Origin: Lingula anatina
Lineage: Eukaryota > Animalia > Brachiopoda
Direction: 5' to 3'
NCBI GenBank assembly: GCA_051362555.1
Contig: CM120648.1
Span: 11,714,587 to 11,778,586, forward strand
DNA: 64,000 bases
Shown: one piece after another, positions 61,101 to 64,000 of the stretch
Numbering within the stretch: position 1 is the first letter of the stretch
Layout: every line of letters starts with the position of its first letter
Notes under the pieces: model-generated
The model's input: the letters and a program-made list of their open reading frames with translations, nothing else
Told to the model about the DNA's origin: nothing
The model's database searches: none
Translations under genes and position numbers: made by a program

Positions 61101-62733
61101 ATATGAATGTTAAGGTAACCCATGTAGTAAGTAATAAAACAGTGTCAGTTTTTATATGTTTAGTTACATCAGTGAAAATATTATTGTTTAGGTGAAAAGT
61201 GATTGCTCAACAATAAGATCATAACAATAAAACAGCAACTTTGGAGAAAGGTTAACATTAACTATGAAGTGCAAACCAGAGAAGGAATGGTCCTGATAGA
61301 TTTGGTGAATCTTCAAACTTTAAAAATTGGCATGATAAAATAGGTAGCCTTAAATCCAATTTTTACTATCAGGACCTTCAGAAATACTAGTGTCCATAAA
61401 AGTGCAAATCTCTAGGTTAAAAATACATTTGACACCACTCAGAAACCATGTGATTTCACATTTGGGTCACGTGATCATTTAAATGGTCATGTGACTGACT
61501 CAGTGGTCATGTGATTCACTTACCGTACAAAGAAATCTTCAGAGGGTAAAACAGGGCTAAGGAAAGAACACGCAGAATATAGACTGTTGTTGTGGGGTTA
61601 TTATGGTGTGCTTCAGTAATATAATTCTAATGGTGAATAACCCTGAGATTTCTTAAACATGGGTCTTGGCCAGTCTGACAAAAAAACTTATGCCCGTAAA
61701 TTGTTCAAAACTTTTCAACCCAAAACTTGGTCTTATCTAAGTATAAAATAAATCTTAATTAGTGGTCAAAAATCTTGGTCTTATCTAAGTATAAAATAAA
61801 TCTTAATTAGTGGTCAAAAATCAGTCTGAAATACTCAATAAGTCTGGTTACCGTAGGTTAACATGATAGACTTAATTTCAGGCAAAAGCTGAAGGTCTGT
61901 AACAGATAATTCCAGTATAGCTTGATCAAACTGAGCTTCTATGGATCATTCCAATCCAACAGTGGCCTATATTCTATTCAGTTCCAGGCGAACCAATCTG
62001 GGACCCACAAATACCCATATTCAAGCTACACTAGGATCCCATCAATGACCCACAGTGGATGCATATTGTCCCCAGATGGGGATGCTAACACGGGAAAGGA
62101 GGAATTGTAATGTGGGACTCAACAGTATGTGTATAATATTGTGAAATAGACAGACAGAGTTCTTTTCTATAAGTTCAAGAATGAAGATGCATTAACCATC
62201 ACCTTAAAAAGCCAACCTATCTAACAGATATGTGATATCTTAATGAAACACACCCATTGGAAAGTGTACTTACAATCATGGCATTTCAGGAACTTAAACT
62301 TTTTGATATCATTTTTTTTATTTATTGATTTTAAAGTTATGGCAGTCTCCATCATTGAAGGGATTTATTCTTAAAATGACCTATTTTTAAAAAACCTTGT
62401 TTGGTTTCATTTTCTTATAACATGTAACAAACAAATAAATTCTTATACTAATAATTACATACTACTTAATCTTATACTGAAAAGTATAATTTAGATTACT
62501 TAATGCTGAATGCTGATGAATTCGGGCATTTCACTTTACTTTGGAATTGATTTTATGTGAAAAACAGACACACTGTAAATAATTCCCATTTCTTCTCCAT
62601 TGTTTGGTACCTTACCTGGGAAGTGGAATGTCTTGTTCATTAAGGCTAGGGATACGCTCCATGGGAAATGGGGAGAAAACATCGCCGTCCTCTTCATCAT
62701 AGGTTTCGTACGATGTGTCGCTACCTCCATCAT
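44063..62733 (-). CDS. AFAP1: AFAP1-like (actin filament-associated protein 1 family) adaptor, 5' end beyond the window or unresolved
   Basis: Phase-consistent exons 62733-62616, 59863-59497 (PH1), 59010-58843, 58083-57957, 57589-57389, 57129-56909 (PH2), 56434-56284, 55759-55548, 55256-55163, 54642-54492, 54164-54011 (coiled coil), 53160-53137, 51755-51657, 51177-51100, 49531-49403, 47936-47904, 46839-46702, 45151-45113, 44092-44063. Motifs SYETYDEE, GRWLAKLIKETG and terminal QWE resemble AFAP1. Confidence 0.8.
45113..45151 (-). CDS. AFAP1: 39-nt exon RQPKSATFTSVRR
   Basis: ttttcag acceptor, GTGAGT donor, phase 0/0. Confidence 0.55.
46276..46510. mobile_element. Foldback MITE with about 58-bp near-perfect TIRs
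   Basis: GATCGCATTCACAAC..TTGAGCCAGGCTTTACAAATCCTGGGGACTAAATATGGCA and its reverse complement. Confidence 0.85.
46702..46839 (-). CDS. AFAP1: AFAP1-like exon ending ISVKDKLK
   Basis: Open 138-nt exon, phase 0/0. Confidence 0.75.
47904..47936 (-). CDS. AFAP1: 33-nt microexon NPQLSSSLLSQ
   Basis: tctcgacag acceptor, CAG|GTAGGT donor, phase 0/0. Confidence 0.55.
49029..49087. repeat. Poly-C followed by (CA)n microsatellite
   Basis: Seen directly. Confidence 0.9.
49403..49531 (-). CDS. AFAP1: AFAP1-like exon ending VFVRETIQ
   Basis: Open 129-nt exon, phase 0/0. Confidence 0.72.
51100..51177 (-). CDS. AFAP1: AFAP1-like exon ending SAKVKQKIM
   Basis: Open 78-nt exon, phase 0/0. Confidence 0.7.
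51657..51755 (-). CDS. AFAP1: AFAP1-like exon ELRPVAARRRSS...
   Basis: Open 99-nt exon, phase 0/0. Confidence 0.75.
52335..52588. mobile_element. Old Harbinger-like MITE
   Basis: Imperfect TIRs GACCTTGCTCCCATAC / GTATGGAAATGGGGTC; internal inverted GCTAAATTGCATTCAG. Confidence 0.55.
53137..53160 (-). CDS. AFAP1: 24-nt microexon PEVAAKVE
   Basis: caacag acceptor, GAG|GTAAGC donor, phase 0/0. Confidence 0.6.
54011..54164 (-). CDS. AFAP1: AFAP1-like coiled-coil exon
   Basis: LEEEYNQLDAEFKEASDELLKCETKLEEL heptads, phase 2/0. Confidence 0.85.
54492..54642 (-). CDS. AFAP1: AFAP1-like exon, start of coiled coil
   Basis: Open 151-nt exon, phase 1/2. Confidence 0.8.
55163..55256 (-). CDS. AFAP1: AFAP1-like exon KYLDIDEL...
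   Basis: Open 94-nt exon, phase 0/1. Confidence 0.78.
55548..55759 (-). CDS. AFAP1: AFAP1-like Tyr-motif exon (YDDI, YEHA, YEQT, YEDL)
   Basis: Open 212-nt exon, phase 1/0. Confidence 0.82.
56284..56434 (-). CDS. AFAP1: AFAP1-like exon, end of PH2 (GRWLAKLIKETG)
   Basis: Open 151-nt exon, phase 0/1. Confidence 0.87.
56467..56625. mobile_element. CAGGGGCG-type MITE with 5-bp TSD (AAAAT)
   Basis: AAAAT|CAGGGGCGTAACCAG ... CTGGTTACGCCCCTG|AAAAT. Confidence 0.8.
56909..57129 (-). CDS. AFAP1: AFAP1-like exon, PH domain 2
   Basis: GHLNVQ..WAERWCLIRHGMLECY..ALYGCEI. Confidence 0.9.
57389..57589 (-). CDS. AFAP1: AFAP1-like exon ...FFGTFGKKKSKK...
   Basis: Open 201-nt exon, phase 1/1. Confidence 0.82.
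57957..58083 (-). CDS. AFAP1: AFAP1-like exon VASEEAP...PGKS
   Basis: Open 127-nt exon, phase 0/1. Confidence 0.78.
58843..59010 (-). CDS. AFAP1: AFAP1-like exon ALLTAAF...PSESK
   Basis: Open 168-nt exon, phase 0/0. Confidence 0.82.
59257..59414. mobile_element. CAGGGGC-type MITE with 5-bp TSD (TGATT)
   Basis: TGATT|CAGGGGCGGA ... TTTGCCCCTG|TGATT. Confidence 0.65.
59497..59863 (-). CDS. AFAP1: AFAP1-like exon, PH domain 1
   Basis: GDLYHKGKLTWTKRYCVI..LLVYK..LQGYDV..SWLQ, GT-AG bounded. Confidence 0.9.
61725..61822. repeat. Tandem duplication, about 48-bp period
   Basis: CTTGGTCTTATCTAAGTATAAAATAAATCTTAATTAGTGGTCAAAAATC occurs twice. Confidence 0.85.
62616..62733 (-). CDS. AFAP1: AFAP1-like exon DGGSDTSYETYDEED
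   Basis: tatag acceptor, GTAAG donor, phase 1/2; AFAP-type SYExYDEE motif. Confidence 0.82.
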
Positions 62734-63601
62734 CTATAAATAGACAGAATTCTTTATTATTATACAACACATGTCCTTATATTCTTTTTGTATACTGTAT
62801 AATCATTCATTTACATTTTTAGGTAATATAAGCTATTTGTATATTTTTTTTTCATACTTAGGTCATTTCTTCATTTTATTTAGTTCCACGAGTGTATTGT
62901 CCACTTATGATTTATCTAAATGGATTTATGTTCTTTAAATCTTTTTGTATAAATGTTCATTTATATCTCATGTGTAATCGAGGCACTTCAATATAATTGC
63001 TCATTTATATTCATGATAAATTGGAATTTAATTTCTCATTTTTTGCATCATTACTTATTCATACTTATGCATTTTCATTTGATTTGATGCAGTGCAAATG
63101 CATTTTCTAAAATTATCTTCCTCATGCTTATTAAATTAAGACAACTACAATATTATCATATAAGTTAACTGAGCCTCTGCATAATTCATCGAAATAAATA
63201 TTTAATAGCAAAAGAAAAATATATTCATATTCTGGCAAAAATTCTAGAACTTATGTTGGTCTTGACATCTCAATAGATAATATAATTCCCTATCAGCTTT
63301 AACCCCATAAACATGTCATTTTAGTGGTAACAGGTTATAACATGGACAGTTTCATCCTTTGGTTCATCTAAGATCTTATCAGAAATAAATGCCTAGCACA
63401 ACTTAAAATAAAATTCTGACACTGCCTTGGTTAACCTCAGCACAGTTAAACAAAGTCATGAATGCAGCCACTTGTGTCAATGTGTTACAAATTGTAGTTC
63501 CTAAAACTTATCTACATGATCTTAGTCTGAACAAGGTCAATCATTTCTTGACAAAAAGAGATAAGTAATTCATACTCACTGTATGCATGTTAAACCACAT
63601 A

Positions 63602-63604
<3 letters not shown>

Positions 63605-63644
<40 letters not shown>
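63605..63644. repeat. (GT)n microsatellite
   Basis: Seen directly. Confidence 0.95.
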
Positions 63645-63647
<3 letters not shown>

Positions 63648-64000
63648 TTTGTTTTTGCCAAATAATAATTTCAGCATATCAGGGCAACATAAATAAGAGA
63701 AATACAAATTGGAACCTGAAGGCTACTTGGATGCCTCTCTCCCCCTTTCCTTCTCTTAAGTCAGATTCAATCTTGCATGCAAAGAATTTTCATTTACAAG
63801 ATAGATTATGGATACAGTTCTTTGGCTAATTTTTCTTTTTAGAGTGGATGCAAGTCAGCATGTAGCCCACATGTGTTTCTCTACTCAAAGTGAGCGAACA
63901 ATACGTCTGAAGATGTGGGCATATGGGTATGTGTGTGCCTGCAAGCGTAGACACAGGCACAGGTGTGTTTCTACACACGTATTTCAAGAGATATCCTACC

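Overview
AT-rich eukaryotic (invertebrate, probably lophotrochozoan) genomic DNA with spliceosomal introns, not a prokaryotic locus. Most short ORFs in the track are spurious or are single exons. I assembled four protein-coding genes by hand from GT-AG sites and reading-frame phase. (1) A complete 12-exon SLC18B1-like MFS transporter (minus, 13885..3380, 475 aa). (2) An intronless FMRFamide/peptide-receptor-like class A GPCR (plus, 20436..21575). (3) A sarcoplasmic calcium-binding protein (SCP)-like EF-hand gene with an apparent signal-peptide exon (plus, 38387..39322, 215 aa). (4) The 3' part of an AFAP1-like adaptor gene with two PH domains and a coiled coil (minus, from beyond 62733 to 44063). 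Introns and intergenic DNA hold nested DNA transposons and MITEs (Kolobok-, pogo-, Harbinger-, hAT-, ISL2EU- and Tc1-like), a 35-bp minisatellite and a 146-bp satellite. The three most notable observations are: a run of symmetric phase-0 AFAP1-like exons, three of which end in register to complete one split V-x5-QWE motif with a shared last exon; a putatively secreted SCP/photoprotein-fold protein; and a satellite carrying a perfect DR1 nuclear-receptor motif in nearly every unit, about 2 kb upstream of that gene. Family assignments come from recalled motifs, not database searches.
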